Shown one piece after another: positions 50,050 through 60,364 of a stretch of DNA of 64,000 nucleotides. The stretch comes from Winogradskyella sp. (GTDB taxonomy: Bacteria > Bacteroidota > Bacteroidia > Flavobacteriales > Flavobacteriaceae), in the NCBI GenBank assembly GCA_030149175.1, contig JASBSA010000029.1, forward strand, positions 905-64,904, written 5' to 3'. Position numbers and translations under genes: made by a program. Under the pieces are notes generated by a model. The model saw only the letters and a list, made by a program, of their open reading frames with translations, was not told where the DNA came from and did not search any database. The stretch's first letter is position 1; each line of letters opens with the position of its first letter.

Positions 50050-51177
50050 ATGAAAACCCTAATGCTTCACAGTGTTGGTTGCGAAAAAGACAATTGGTAC
50101 CGAAATTGGCTTTCTATATCTCTAGACCATTTTGAAAATTTTTGCAAATATCTAGTCGACAACAATTTCGAAACTGTTTTTCTAGATTCCTGGTTAGAGA
50201 ATCCTAACGCAAAAAATAAAGTTGTACTTACCTTTGACGATGGTTACTTAGACAATTGGGTATACGCATATCCAATATTAAAAAAGTATGGTCTGAAAGG
50301 TACAATTTTTGTAAATCCAGAGTTTATTCAAAATGAGACGGATATTAGATATAATCTTGAAGATGTTTGGCAGAAAAAAGTAAATCAATCAGAGCTTACT
50401 AAACTTGGCTTCTTAAATTGGTCAGAACTTAATGTAATGCAAGACTCAGGTGTAATTGATATTCAATCTCACAGTATGAGCCATAACTTTTATTTTTATT
50501 CAAATAAAATAATTGATATTTACTCAGGACAACCAAAACACAATTGGTTACCATGGTTATCAAACCCAAAAAGAAAGCCATATTACATCAATGAAGACCA
50601 ATCAAAATTTGTTGACCATGGTTTTCCTATTTTTGAATATGATAGAGCTTTAAGAGTTCGCAGATATATACCTGATGAAAAATTTATTGAATATTCTGTT
50701 AATGAATACTCAAAATTAGGTAATACGTTAGATAAAAAAGATTTTATTGAAAAATTGAATCTAAAGCTTGACGAGTTTCCTGGTAGTTTTGAATCTGATG
50801 GAGACATGAGAAATCGCTATATCTATGAGCTATCAGAAAGTAAAAGAATCATAGAAGAAAAACTCAAAAAGCCTGTAGATTTCATCTGTTGGCCTGGAGG
50901 TGGTTTTAATCAATCTAGTGTTGATGTTGCTAAAGAAGCAAATTACAAAGCTATGACTGCTAACGCAAAAAAAACTTTGGATTTGGATTTAGATAACTTA
51001 AAGATTATTAAAAGAAATGCTATGACTTCGTTTATTCAAACCTCAAAACGAAATCATTATATCAAGAATCCTCAATTCTTGGTAACCTTATTTAAATATC
51101 ATAACGGAAGTTTTGTAAGTAAGTATAAATATCGCTTACGTAAATTAAGTCTAGTTATTTTTGACAAACTGTTTTAA
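50050..51177 (+). CDS. Polysaccharide deacetylase (CE4-like)
   Basis: LTFDDGY, QSHSMSH, CWPGG. Confidence 0.85.
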   Translation: MKTLMLHSVGCEKDNWYRNWLSISLDHFENFCKYLVDNNFETVFLDSWLENPNAKNKVVLTFDDGYLDNWVYAYPILKKYGLKGTIFVNPEFIQNETDIRYNLEDVWQKKVNQSELTKLGFLNWSELNVMQDSGVIDIQSHSMSHNFYFYSNKIIDIYSGQPKHNWLPWLSNPKRKPYYINEDQSKFVDHGFPIFEYDRALRVRRYIPDEKFIEYSVNEYSKLGNTLDKKDFIEKLNLKLDEFPGSFESDGDMRNRYIYELSESKRIIEEKLKKPVDFICWPGGGFNQSSVDVAKEANYKAMTANAKKTLDLDLDNLKIIKRNAMTSFIQTSKRNHYIKNPQFLVTLFKYHNGSFVSKYKYRLRKLSLVIFDKLF

Positions 51178-51185
51178 TAGAAGTG

Positions 51186-52358
51186 TTATAATTTTCGTCT
51201 TTTTCTTTCAGTTTTTAATAGGGTTAACTCTCTATTGGTCTGGCCTGCTACCGAGGTATTCTCCTCTGCCCTTCTAATGAGATAAGGCATAACATCCTTA
51301 ACTGGACCAAATGGAATATATTTAGCAACATTATAGCCCTCAGCTGCTAAGTTATAACTAATATGATCACTCATTCCGTACAACTGACCAAACCAAACGT
51401 TGTTATCGTCTTTACCAATATTGTACTTTTCCATTAGTTCCATTGCTAAATAACAGCTTTCTTCATTGTGTGTACCAATAAAAATGGAAATATCTCTTAT
51501 GTTATCTAAACTGTACGATAGTGTGTTATTAAAAGTATCGTCTGTTGCTTTTTTATTCTCGCAGATAGGTGATTCATACCCTTTTTCTTCAGCTCTATTG
51601 CGCTCTTTTTCCATATAAGCACCTCTAACTATTTTTAAACCAATATTAAAGCCCTCATCCTTTCCTCGTTTGTGTAACTCTTTTACATAATCAAATCTAT
51701 CCCAACGATAACACTGTAATGTATTATAAACTATAGTTTTACCCTTATTGTATTTTCGCATCATTTCTTCCACCAGATCATCAGCTGCATCTTGCATCCA
51801 ACTTTCTTCAGCATCAATTAAAACTTCAACATCTTTTTCTTTTGCCAATCTGCAAACTGCATCAAATCTCCCTACAACTCGGCTCCATTCTTCTTTTTCA
51901 GAAATAGTAAGTTCTTTTCCCTCCGTCTTCTTTTGATACAAGGAAAACCTTCCAAAACCTGTCGGTTTAAAGACCACTATAGGCATAGCGTCTCTTTCAT
52001 CACAGAAGTGAATGATCTTTAAAATTTTATCTAGTGCATTATCAAACTCCTCTTCTACTTCTTTACCTTCTACAGAATAGTCTAAAACAGAACTTACACC
52101 TTTTGTGTATAATTTATCTATTACAGATAAGCAATCCTCTTCATTAACACCACCGCAGAAATGATCAAAAACGGTTGATCTTATTAATCCCTCTACAGGC
52201 AAATTTGCCTTGAGAGCAAAATTGGTTGCCGCTGTGCCAATACGAACTAAAGGCTGTGAGGAAATCATTTTAAATAAAAAATAAGCACGCTCTAATTCAG
52301 AATCAGATTTTAGTGCAAAAGCAGTGGCTGTATTTTCAAAGAGAGAACGATTAATCAT
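51186..52358 (-). CDS. Monofunctional proline dehydrogenase
   Basis: IDAEES, KIVRGAY, GTHN, GQLYGM, YLIRRAEEN; minus TATATTTG box at 52380-52387. Confidence 0.92.
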   Translation of the reverse strand: MINRSLFENTATAFALKSDSELERAYFLFKMISSQPLVRIGTAATNFALKANLPVEGLIRSTVFDHFCGGVNEEDCLSVIDKLYTKGVSSVLDYSVEGKEVEEEFDNALDKILKIIHFCDERDAMPIVVFKPTGFGRFSLYQKKTEGKELTISEKEEWSRVVGRFDAVCRLAKEKDVEVLIDAEESWMQDAADDLVEEMMRKYNKGKTIVYNTLQCYRWDRFDYVKELHKRGKDEGFNIGLKIVRGAYMEKERNRAEEKGYESPICENKKATDDTFNNTLSYSLDNIRDISIFIGTHNEESCYLAMELMEKYNIGKDDNNVWFGQLYGMSDHISYNLAAEGYNVAKYIPFGPVKDVMPYLIRRAEENTSVAGQTNRELTLLKTERKRRKL

Positions 52359-52458
52359 AGAATTTTAAAATATGTATTGCAAATATATTTAATCCTTTGC
52401 TTACTTTTTTCTAAAAAAAGGGAGTATTTTCACGGGATAAACTGAGGAATTAATAAAA

Positions 52459-53529
52459 ATGAAATCTATAACGACTAAAAATGCAATTGTTCATTTTAAT
52501 GACAGTATATACACAGAACTCAATGCATACATAAAATCCTCAAACCCTTCAAAAATATTTGTGCTTGTAGATACAAATACGCATGATGCTTGTCTTCCAA
52601 AGTTTTTGTCCCAGGTAGAATCAGGTGATATTGTTGTTGAGGTCATGGAAATGCCAGATGGAGAAGATCACAAGACTATAGACATCTGTACTGGTGTTTG
52701 GGAAGCCATGTCCGAATATTATGCTGACCGAAAAAGCCTAATGATAAATTTAGGTGGTGGAGTTGTAACAGATCTTGGTGGTTTTGTTGCCAGTACTTAT
52801 ATGCGAGGTATAGATTACATCAATGTTCCAACATCTCTATTAGCAATGGTAGATGCCTCTGTTGGCGGTAAAACAGGTATTGATCTCGGTAATTTAAAAA
52901 ACCAAATAGGCGTAATAAGCGAAGGCAGTATGGTGTTAATCGATACATCATTTTTAGAAACATTACCTAAAAACCACATGATTTCTGGTTATGCCGAAAT
53001 GCTAAAACATGGTTTGATTCACGATAAGTCATACTGGCATACTCTTTTAAATTTCGCAAATTTAGACTTTTCGGCATTAGATAAGATGATTTACGATTCT
53101 GTTGTCATTAAAAATAAAATAGTTTCTGAAGACCCAACTGAAAAAGGACTCAGGAAAGTTTTAAACTTTGGGCATACCTTAGGCCATGCCATTGAAAGTT
53201 ACTTTTTAGGTAATGGAGACAAAATTCCATTGTTGCATGGCGAAGCCATTGCTTTAGGCATGCTACTAGAGGCGTATATCTCTACAAAAACTGTAGGACT
53301 ATCAGAAGAAGAGTTTAAAGACATTGAAAAAGGCATACTAAAAACCTTCTCAAAGGTTGAAATAACCGAAAATGATCAAAAAAATATTATCAATCTGTTA
53401 CAATACGACAAAAAAAACAGTCATGGTAAAGTAAAGTTTGTACTGCTTGAAGCTATTGGCAAACCAAGAATCAATTGCGAGGTTGAAAATAATATATTGC
53501 TCGAAGCCTTTGAATATTACAATTCTTGA
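52459..53529 (+). CDS. aroB: 3-dehydroquinate synthase
   Basis: GGGVVTDLGGF, PTSLLAMVDASVGGKTG, LNFGHTLGHAIE, HGEA. Confidence 0.96.
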   Translation: MKSITTKNAIVHFNDSIYTELNAYIKSSNPSKIFVLVDTNTHDACLPKFLSQVESGDIVVEVMEMPDGEDHKTIDICTGVWEAMSEYYADRKSLMINLGGGVVTDLGGFVASTYMRGIDYINVPTSLLAMVDASVGGKTGIDLGNLKNQIGVISEGSMVLIDTSFLETLPKNHMISGYAEMLKHGLIHDKSYWHTLLNFANLDFSALDKMIYDSVVIKNKIVSEDPTEKGLRKVLNFGHTLGHAIESYFLGNGDKIPLLHGEAIALGMLLEAYISTKTVGLSEEEFKDIEKGILKTFSKVEITENDQKNIINLLQYDKKNSHGKVKFVLLEAIGKPRINCEVENNILLEAFEYYNS

Positions 53530-53531
53530 TA

Positions 53532-53571
53532 AAAAATAAAACCCTTAGCCAGAAGCTAAGGGTTTTATTTT
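53532..53571. terminator. Bidirectional intrinsic terminator
   Basis: AAAATAAAACCCTTAGC-CAGAA-GCTAAGGGTTTTATTTT. Confidence 0.9.
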
Positions 53572-53592
53572 AATTGTAAGTGTTTTGTTAAA

Positions 53593-54072
53593 TTACAGTT
53601 CATTAAAAATAGTATGCATCAAACGCTTCTTGTCGTTAATGCTTTCTTCCAAAGATATCATAGTCTCCGTTCTGTAAACACCTTCAATATCATCTATATT
53701 AAAAATAATGTCCTTAGCATGCATAGTGTTTTTTGCTCTAATTTTACAGAAAATATTGAACTTTCCTGTAGTTATGTGTGCAACGGTTACGTTAGGAATA
53801 CTCTCTATTCTCTCTAAAACAAATTTGGTTTGAGAAGTGTTTTGGAGAAAAATACCTACATAAGCAATAAATGAATATCCTAATTTTTTATAATCTAAAG
53901 TAAGTGAAGAACCTTTAATGATTCCAGCTTCTTCCATTTTCTTAACACGCACATGAACTGTACCTGCAGAAATCAGTAATTTTTTTGCAATATCTGTAAA
54001 AGGAATGCGTGTATTATCTATGAGCATATCCAATATTTGGTGGTCAACTTCGTCTAATTTAAACTTTGGCAT
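53593..54072 (-). CDS. Lrp/AsnC family regulator
   Basis: LDEVDHQIL…PFTDIAKKL…VHVRVKKMEEAGII; ATG 54072 preferred over the track start. Confidence 0.92.
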   Translation of the reverse strand: MPKFKLDEVDHQILDMLIDNTRIPFTDIAKKLLISAGTVHVRVKKMEEAGIIKGSSLTLDYKKLGYSFIAYVGIFLQNTSQTKFVLERIESIPNVTVAHITTGKFNIFCKIRAKNTMHAKDIIFNIDDIEGVYRTETMISLEESINDKKRLMHTIFNEL

Positions 54073-54146
54073 AATTGTATAATCTTTAAACTTTATGCAA
54101 AAATAAAGGATTTTTATTATCAATTACGCATTAAAATCAAGTTTTT

Positions 54147-55298
54147 TTAAGGTTTTAGTGTGATTTTTTCATTATTTATTAATACGAAATCGTTTTCGTT
54201 AGTAACTTTTACAGTAGTATTATATGGACTTTTTACCACCTTACTCTCGGCATCAATCTCCTTATGTCCATAAAAATCGTTTAGCTTTGAAATAACTTCA
54301 ATTTTAGGAATAAACTCAATTTTCCTTTCAACTAAACGTTCCTCGTATTGAATACCAATATCTGTTACCTGAGCAGAAATATCTTGCAATGTTGCATTTC
54401 GAATAATAATATCATAAAACTGCTTAGAGTTCTCCGGAATTTTAAAGTAATCTTGGTAAGCAGCAAAACCATTATTACCATTACCCGAAATTACTTCTAA
54501 TGCCTTTAAAATAGCTAAAAACATCAAATAACGAACCTCTTCCCTATCGTAGTCTTTAGGGTAATGACCGGCTTCAAACAATACTGTTGGAACTTTAAGG
54601 CTTTGAAATGTATCTCCAACACAATTTAAGTTAAAACCATCATCATATCTCGCCACACCACCAGGTATTATCTGCTGTAACGTGTCATTAATTTCCACAA
54701 TTAAGGCCATTGCCTTTTTTCTATTTGATGTTAGTGTGCACTCTTCATTTTGCGAAGGCGATAAAAACGATAGTATTGATGATTTGGGAGTTGCTCCCAC
54801 ATTATAAATGGTTCGTTGCCCATGTAGGTTAAAACAATAATCAGGATTAAAATCATTAAATGCGTCTTTTAAAACTTTACTTTCTGGTTGCGATAAATCT
54901 TGTGCATCTCTATTTAAATCAACCTCGTTTGCATTAAAACGCGTATAGCGTTCTGCACCATCAGGATTGAGAATAGGTATAATTAATAATGTACAAGATT
55001 CTAAGATGGTATTCGGGAATTCATTATTAGTAAGAAATAGGTTTAAACAATCAAAAAGAGCCTTAGTTGTTGTAGACTCATTACCATGCATTTGGGACCA
55101 CATCAATACCCTTTTTGGCCCAGAACCAATTCTTAAGCAATAAATAGGTCTATTTTCAACAGAATAACCAATAACCGAACTTATAGAACTTGGTATTTTT
55201 TTTAAACATTTTTCTATATCAGAATTGGTAATATACCTACCAAAAAGGTCTGGTGATTTTAGTAAAGCATATAAACTTTTTAGATGTTCTAATTTCAT
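54147..55298 (-). CDS. M14 zinc carboxypeptidase-family protein
   Basis: QMHGNE, NPDG, DLNRD, NLHGQ. Confidence 0.9.
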   Translation of the reverse strand: MKLEHLKSLYALLKSPDLFGRYITNSDIEKCLKKIPSSISSVIGYSVENRPIYCLRIGSGPKRVLMWSQMHGNESTTTKALFDCLNLFLTNNEFPNTILESCTLLIIPILNPDGAERYTRFNANEVDLNRDAQDLSQPESKVLKDAFNDFNPDYCFNLHGQRTIYNVGATPKSSILSFLSPSQNEECTLTSNRKKAMALIVEINDTLQQIIPGGVARYDDGFNLNCVGDTFQSLKVPTVLFEAGHYPKDYDREEVRYLMFLAILKALEVISGNGNNGFAAYQDYFKIPENSKQFYDIIIRNATLQDISAQVTDIGIQYEERLVERKIEFIPKIEVISKLNDFYGHKEIDAESKVVKSPYNTTVKVTNENDFVLINNEKITLKP

Positions 55299-55312
55299 TA
55301 GGAATTTTATGT

Positions 55313-55573
55313 GTTACAAATGTAACTATTTGATTTTTTACAATTGTAAACACCGTGAAATTTAATATTTGTTACAGATGTATACATGATTTAATTTGTT
55401 TTAGCTTCTAGATTACATCACTATTAAAAATAATTCAATTGAACTATTTTTACAAAATTATATATCTTAAATTCAGTTATTTATTAATTTTAAATAAAGT
55501 TTTGGTTTAATTGTATTAAAGAGATTAACAGTATTTTTTTGATTAAAAAAGTACTATTGTTTACATTTGTACC
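55313..55573. promoter_or_regulatory. Four TTACA-N2-TGTA palindromes (operator array)
   Basis: 55313-55326, 55337-55350, 55371-55384, 55560-55573; the last overlaps a TACATTTG box. Confidence 0.65.
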
Positions 55574-55600
55574 GTTTAAAGATAGAAACGATTGTTTACA

Positions 55601-55969
55601 ATGATAAACTCTTCAGATTTTGCGATGCGCTTACAAAAAATCATAGATTTTTATGATGAAACCGCGTCTGGTTTTGCGGAAAAAATTGGCGTACAGCGCT
55701 CAAGCATTTCCCACATTCTTTCTGGTAGAAACAAACCAAGTTTAGACTTTGTAATGAAAGTGCTTCACTCCTATCCTGAAGTAGAATTGTATTGGCTACT
55801 AAATGGAAAAGGAAATTTTCCAACTGCAGAAACTCAAATTTCTGAAATCCCAAATCCTCAGCTTAACTTAAAGGTAGAAAACCCAAGTAATCTTCAAGAA
55901 TCAAACTCTGAAATTGAAAAAATAGTTATCTTCTATAAAGACGGTACTTTTAAAAGCTATAATCCTTAA
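55601..55969 (+). CDS. Xre-family HTH regulator
   Basis: FAEKIGVQRSSISHILSGRNKPSLD, WLLNGKG, IEKIVIFYKDGTF. Confidence 0.9.
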   Translation: MINSSDFAMRLQKIIDFYDETASGFAEKIGVQRSSISHILSGRNKPSLDFVMKVLHSYPEVELYWLLNGKGNFPTAETQISEIPNPQLNLKVENPSNLQESNSEIEKIVIFYKDGTFKSYNP

Positions 55970-56008
55970 ATTTAATTTTACTAAGTTATCTTTGCACAAA
56001 CTACAAAA

Positions 56009-56401
56009 ATGAAGAACATTTTTTTGCTTTTCGCACTATCGCTGTTGCTAACAGGCTGCTTTGAAGTTGAACGCAATTGTACTGACTTTAAAACAGGTGA
56101 ATTTGAGTTTAACTACACTATAAATGGCGAAAATAAGATCGGCAGATTCGTTAGAACTGACACCTTGAATATAGATTACTATGAAGGGAAAGTAGACTCA
56201 TCTTCTGTGCGTTGGATTAATGATTGCGAGTTCATTCTTAAAAAATTGAATCCTAAAACAAATGCTGAGAGAGATGCTATACACATGAAAATCCTCACTA
56301 CAGAAGGCACGTCCTCTTACACTTTTGAATACAAACTTGCAGCCAAAAAACCAAACAAGCCTCTTAGAAGTGAAAAAGGAGTGGCTCATAGAATTGATTA
56401 G
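56009..56401 (+). CDS. Hypothetical lipoprotein
   Basis: Lipobox LLTGC; TATCTTTG box at 55987-55994. Confidence 0.75.
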   Translation: MKNIFLLFALSLLLTGCFEVERNCTDFKTGEFEFNYTINGENKIGRFVRTDTLNIDYYEGKVDSSSVRWINDCEFILKKLNPKTNAERDAIHMKILTTEGTSSYTFEYKLAAKKPNKPLRSEKGVAHRID

Positions 56402-56406
56402 AATAC

Positions 56407-57189
56407 ATGTTAGAATTTTTATTCACATCCGACGCTATAATGGCGCTTTTAACTTTAACCTTTCTAGAAATTATTCTGGGAATAGACAATATTGTCTTTA
56501 TTTCTATAGCCGCTAATAAACTACCCGAAAACCAAAGAAGCAAGGCCACAAATATCGGTTTGGTTTTAGCCATGGTGCAGCGTATTCTACTACTGTTCTT
56601 TGTGACATTTTTGATTGGCTTAAGCGAGCCTTTCTTTGAATACAACTCTGAATGGCTCAAAATCGCAATAAGTTGGCAAGCCATTATATTGTTCGCTGGT
56701 GGTCTTTTTCTTATATATAAAAGTACATCTGAAATCAGGGAAAAAGTAGAAGATCCAGGTCACGATGAAAAAGGTGTTAAGTCCAAAGTCATTAAATCCT
56801 TATCTCAAGCTATTACACAAATCTTAATCATTGATTTTATTTTTTCAGTCGACTCTATCCTAACAGCTGTTGGTATGACTAATGGTTTGCACCCAAACAG
56901 CAATTACACTCTTATTCTAATGGTTATAGCAGTAGTGATTTCTATAGCAGTAATGATAGGGTTTGCAAACCCAATTCGAAAATTTATAGACCGAAATCCA
57001 AGTATGCAGATTTTGGGCTTGGCATTTTTAATTCTTATTGGCTTTATGCTTATAACTGAAGCTGCACATCTGTCCCACACCGAATTCTTTGGTAAAACCG
57101 TGGGTGCTATACCAAAAGGCTATTTATATTTTGCTATTGCTTTTTCTTTGTTTGTAGAATTTTTGAATTTTAAAACCAAGAAAAAATAA
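56407..57189 (+). CDS. TerC family membrane protein
   Basis: LEIILGIDN, DFIFSVDSILTAVG, IPKGYLYFAIAFS. Confidence 0.92.
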   Translation: MLEFLFTSDAIMALLTLTFLEIILGIDNIVFISIAANKLPENQRSKATNIGLVLAMVQRILLLFFVTFLIGLSEPFFEYNSEWLKIAISWQAIILFAGGLFLIYKSTSEIREKVEDPGHDEKGVKSKVIKSLSQAITQILIIDFIFSVDSILTAVGMTNGLHPNSNYTLILMVIAVVISIAVMIGFANPIRKFIDRNPSMQILGLAFLILIGFMLITEAAHLSHTEFFGKTVGAIPKGYLYFAIAFSLFVEFLNFKTKKK

Positions 57190-57205
57190 AAGAATAATGT
57201 TTAGA

Positions 57206-59890
57206 TTAAAAAAGGGTAACCTGACCAGAACCACCTGTATCTAAGCCATCATCGTCTTCTTTCTTGTCTGAAGAATCATTCTTAGGTTGTTCTAATTTCT
57301 CCTCACTTTTTTTGTCTTCTAAATCTATGGAAACAGTTTCTTCATCAACAACTTCTAGTTCATCCGCATGTACTTCTTCCGGCGCTTCAAAAGGTAATGG
57401 ATCTAATAGATTTATTTGGTTTATTTTTTCTTTAGTTAATTGATTTCCAAGTGCATTAATCCCTTTTACCGCAATAAATTCTTCAAGATTAACTTGCATG
57501 TTTGGCTTACGATCTTTACCACGTTCTTTGGTAAATTCTACCTCAGCCATTGGCCTCCAATCTGTAGATACAATTTCTAACTGGGAATCAGGATGACCAG
57601 AAATAAAGGTTTCTTCTTTTCCTTCCTGCTCTATTAAAAAACGTTTTACGTAGTAACGCTCTTTTTCACCATCATAGTAGATAGCAGATATTGGCTTTTT
57701 AGGAATCCACTTCTCTAAAACAATCATATCACTATCAAAATGGGTTGTTAATTCAGGGATAATTGTTTTAACAATACCAGATTGTGTAATAATCAGCAAC
57801 CTATCTTCTCCCCTAAACTCTCCTATCAGTTCACCACGATCATCTACATTTAGTCGCTGTACCGTATCATCAAACCAAATTTTTCGAGGTTTTAAGGTTG
57901 AAACGCCTTTCTCCTTTAGCTCAATTCGCTTTATAGAATATTTAGTAACCAAATTACCTTTAGACGAACGCCCTTTTATCAAAATATCTGCAAAGTCTAA
58001 ATCCCATTTTAATTTCTTGATACTACCTACCTGACGCAGTAATACAGTTACAACTTCAGCTTCACCATTAGGGTTTGCAGAAAAATACCATACCACAGAA
58101 CCACTGTTTCCGTTAGTCATATCGTATTCTCTGTCCCTGGTAATGCTCGTTACCGCAAAGCGCTTAACGTAAGATGGTCCCTTTTTACCATCTCTGTAAA
58201 TCATATTGTAAATAGTACGCTTATCTTTTTTCTTAAATACAGCAACATGAATGATATTTTTACCCACAAAGGTTTTTGAATCGACTTTAGTTACCATCAT
58301 TTTGCCTTCTTGAGTAAACACAATAATATCGTCTATATCACTACAATCACAAACATACTCATCACGCTTTAAAGAGGTACCTATAAAACCTTCGTCCCTG
58401 TTGACGTAGAGCTTGGTATTTCTTATTACAACTTTTGTTGCATCTACATCATCAAAAACACGTAGTTCAGTTTTACGTTCCTTACCTTCACCATAATCTT
58501 TCTTGAGTCTTTCAAAGTATGCAATAGCATAGTCGATAAGGTTTGACAAGTGATTTTTAACTTCTGCAATTTGATCTTCTAAAGCCTCTATCTTTTGTTG
58601 TGCCTTATCAATATCGAATTTAGATATACGTTTAATTCTAATTTCTGTTAAGCGAACGATATCTTCTTCTGTAACAGCACGCTTTAAATGCTTAATATGA
58701 GGCTGAAGCCCTTTATCTATGGCTTTAATTACACCTTCCCAAGTTTCTTCCTCTTCAATATCACGATAAATTCTATTTTCAATAAAAATACGCTCTAATG
58801 AAGCAAAATGCCACTGTTCTTCAAACTCACCAAGCTTTATCCCTAACTCTTGTTTTAGAAGTTGCACGGTATTATCTGTAGAACGACGAAGCATTTCCGT
58901 GACACCTATGAATAAGGGTTTATTATCTTCTATAACACAACCTAAAGGCGAAATGGATGTTTCGCAAGCCGTGAATGCGTAAAGCGCATCAATGGTTTTA
59001 TCTGGTGACAACCCTGATGGTAAGTGAATAAGTATTTCAACTTCAGCAGCAGTGTTATCCTCTATTTTTTTAATTTTAATTTTACCTTTATCATTGGCTT
59101 TTAAAACTGAATCTATTAGAGACGATGTTGTCGTACCAAACGGAATCTCTGTGATGGCTAAGGTATTTTTATCTACTTGAGAAATTTTGGCACGAACCCT
59201 AACTTTACCTCCACGTAATCCATCGTTATAATTACTTATATCGGCAATACCCGCTGTCGGAAAATCTGGATATAACGTAAATCGTTTGCCTTTTAAATGT
59301 TTAACCGAAGCCTCTATTAGTTCTATAAAATTGTGAGGTAGAATTTTAGTTGAAAGCCCAACCGCAATACCTTCACCTCCTTGGGCTAAAAGCAATGGAA
59401 ACATTACAGGCAAATTTATGGGCTCTTTACGTCTGCCATCGTAAGACGCCTGCCATTCTGTAATTTTTGGGTTATAAACAACATCTAAGGCGAATTTAGA
59501 TAGCCTTGCCTCAATGTAACGAGATGCTGCTGCACTATCGCCAGTTAAAATATTTCCCCAGTTACCTTGGGTATCAATCAGTAAATCTTTCTGTCCGATT
59601 TGTACCATAGCATCAGCAATACTTGCATCTCCATGCGGATGATATTGCATGGTATGACCAACAATATTTGCTACCTTGTTGTAACGGCCATCATCCAAAT
59701 CTTTCATTGAGTGCATAATACGTCGTTGCACTGGCTTAAAACCATCTTCAATTGCTGGTACAGCACGCTCTAAGATTACATAAGACGCGTAATCCAAGAA
59801 CCAGTCTTTGTACATTCCCGTTACCTTGGTAATCGTTTCCTGATTGCCATTCTCTTCGTTTAACATCTCATCATTTTGATCTTCTGCCAT
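57206..59890 (-). CDS. parC: DNA topoisomerase IV subunit A
   Basis: DGFKPVQRR, YHPHGD, AASRYIEARL. Confidence 0.9.
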   Translation of the reverse strand: MAEDQNDEMLNEENGNQETITKVTGMYKDWFLDYASYVILERAVPAIEDGFKPVQRRIMHSMKDLDDGRYNKVANIVGHTMQYHPHGDASIADAMVQIGQKDLLIDTQGNWGNILTGDSAAASRYIEARLSKFALDVVYNPKITEWQASYDGRRKEPINLPVMFPLLLAQGGEGIAVGLSTKILPHNFIELIEASVKHLKGKRFTLYPDFPTAGIADISNYNDGLRGGKVRVRAKISQVDKNTLAITEIPFGTTTSSLIDSVLKANDKGKIKIKKIEDNTAAEVEILIHLPSGLSPDKTIDALYAFTACETSISPLGCVIEDNKPLFIGVTEMLRRSTDNTVQLLKQELGIKLGEFEEQWHFASLERIFIENRIYRDIEEEETWEGVIKAIDKGLQPHIKHLKRAVTEEDIVRLTEIRIKRISKFDIDKAQQKIEALEDQIAEVKNHLSNLIDYAIAYFERLKKDYGEGKERKTELRVFDDVDATKVVIRNTKLYVNRDEGFIGTSLKRDEYVCDCSDIDDIIVFTQEGKMMVTKVDSKTFVGKNIIHVAVFKKKDKRTIYNMIYRDGKKGPSYVKRFAVTSITRDREYDMTNGNSGSVVWYFSANPNGEAEVVTVLLRQVGSIKKLKWDLDFADILIKGRSSKGNLVTKYSIKRIELKEKGVSTLKPRKIWFDDTVQRLNVDDRGELIGEFRGEDRLLIITQSGIVKTIIPELTTHFDSDMIVLEKWIPKKPISAIYYDGEKERYYVKRFLIEQEGKEETFISGHPDSQLEIVSTDWRPMAEVEFTKERGKDRKPNMQVNLEEFIAVKGINALGNQLTKEKINQINLLDPLPFEAPEEVHADELEVVDEETVSIDLEDKKSEEKLEQPKNDSSDKKEDDDGLDTGGSGQVTLF

Positions 59891-60364
59891 CTATGCTTCT
59901 TTTCGCTTTTTGTTTTCTTTAAGTGTTTTCTTTAGCGATTGCTTTACGTAACGCATTTTTCTTCTTTTTAGAAGGGTAACGTTAAAGCGTTCTTTTATTT
60001 GTTTTCCATCATAAGCCTTAATCAATACAACTAAAGACTTGTAAAGGAAGTAGTCTTTTATCTTATAACCCATAAGTTGATGCCTGGCAAATTCAACTTT
60101 ATTCTCTCGGTAATTGATGTATTCCGTTAATATTAATCCTTTATTTAGAATTATGATTTTTGCTCCGTCACTATCATACTCAAAATAACCTGCGACTGAA
60201 TGGAATAATACCAAGACAACAAACAAGCCCAGAAAAACAAAAAATGTGCTATCCACAAAAAATTCTAAAGACTTAAATACGGTTGCCAACAGTATGCCAA
60301 ATACAATAAGTATAAAGTAAATGGAAACTACGGTATTCTTAACTTTTCTATTGTCGGTTCTCAT
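59891..60364 (-). CDS. Two-TM hypothetical protein between parE and parC
   Basis: Two hydrophobic segments and a basic C-terminus; overlaps parE stop and abuts parC start. Confidence 0.75.
   Translation of the reverse strand: MRTDNRKVKNTVVSIYFILIVFGILLATVFKSLEFFVDSTFFVFLGLFVVLVLFHSVAGYFEYDSDGAKIIILNKGLILTEYINYRENKVEFARHQLMGYKIKDYFLYKSLVVLIKAYDGKQIKERFNVTLLKRRKMRYVKQSLKKTLKENKKRKEA

Noticed and set aside
55299-55600. Possible replication origin (AT-rich gap near parC/parE)
   Set aside because: No TTATCCACA-type DnaA boxes seen; the dyads are better explained as operators.
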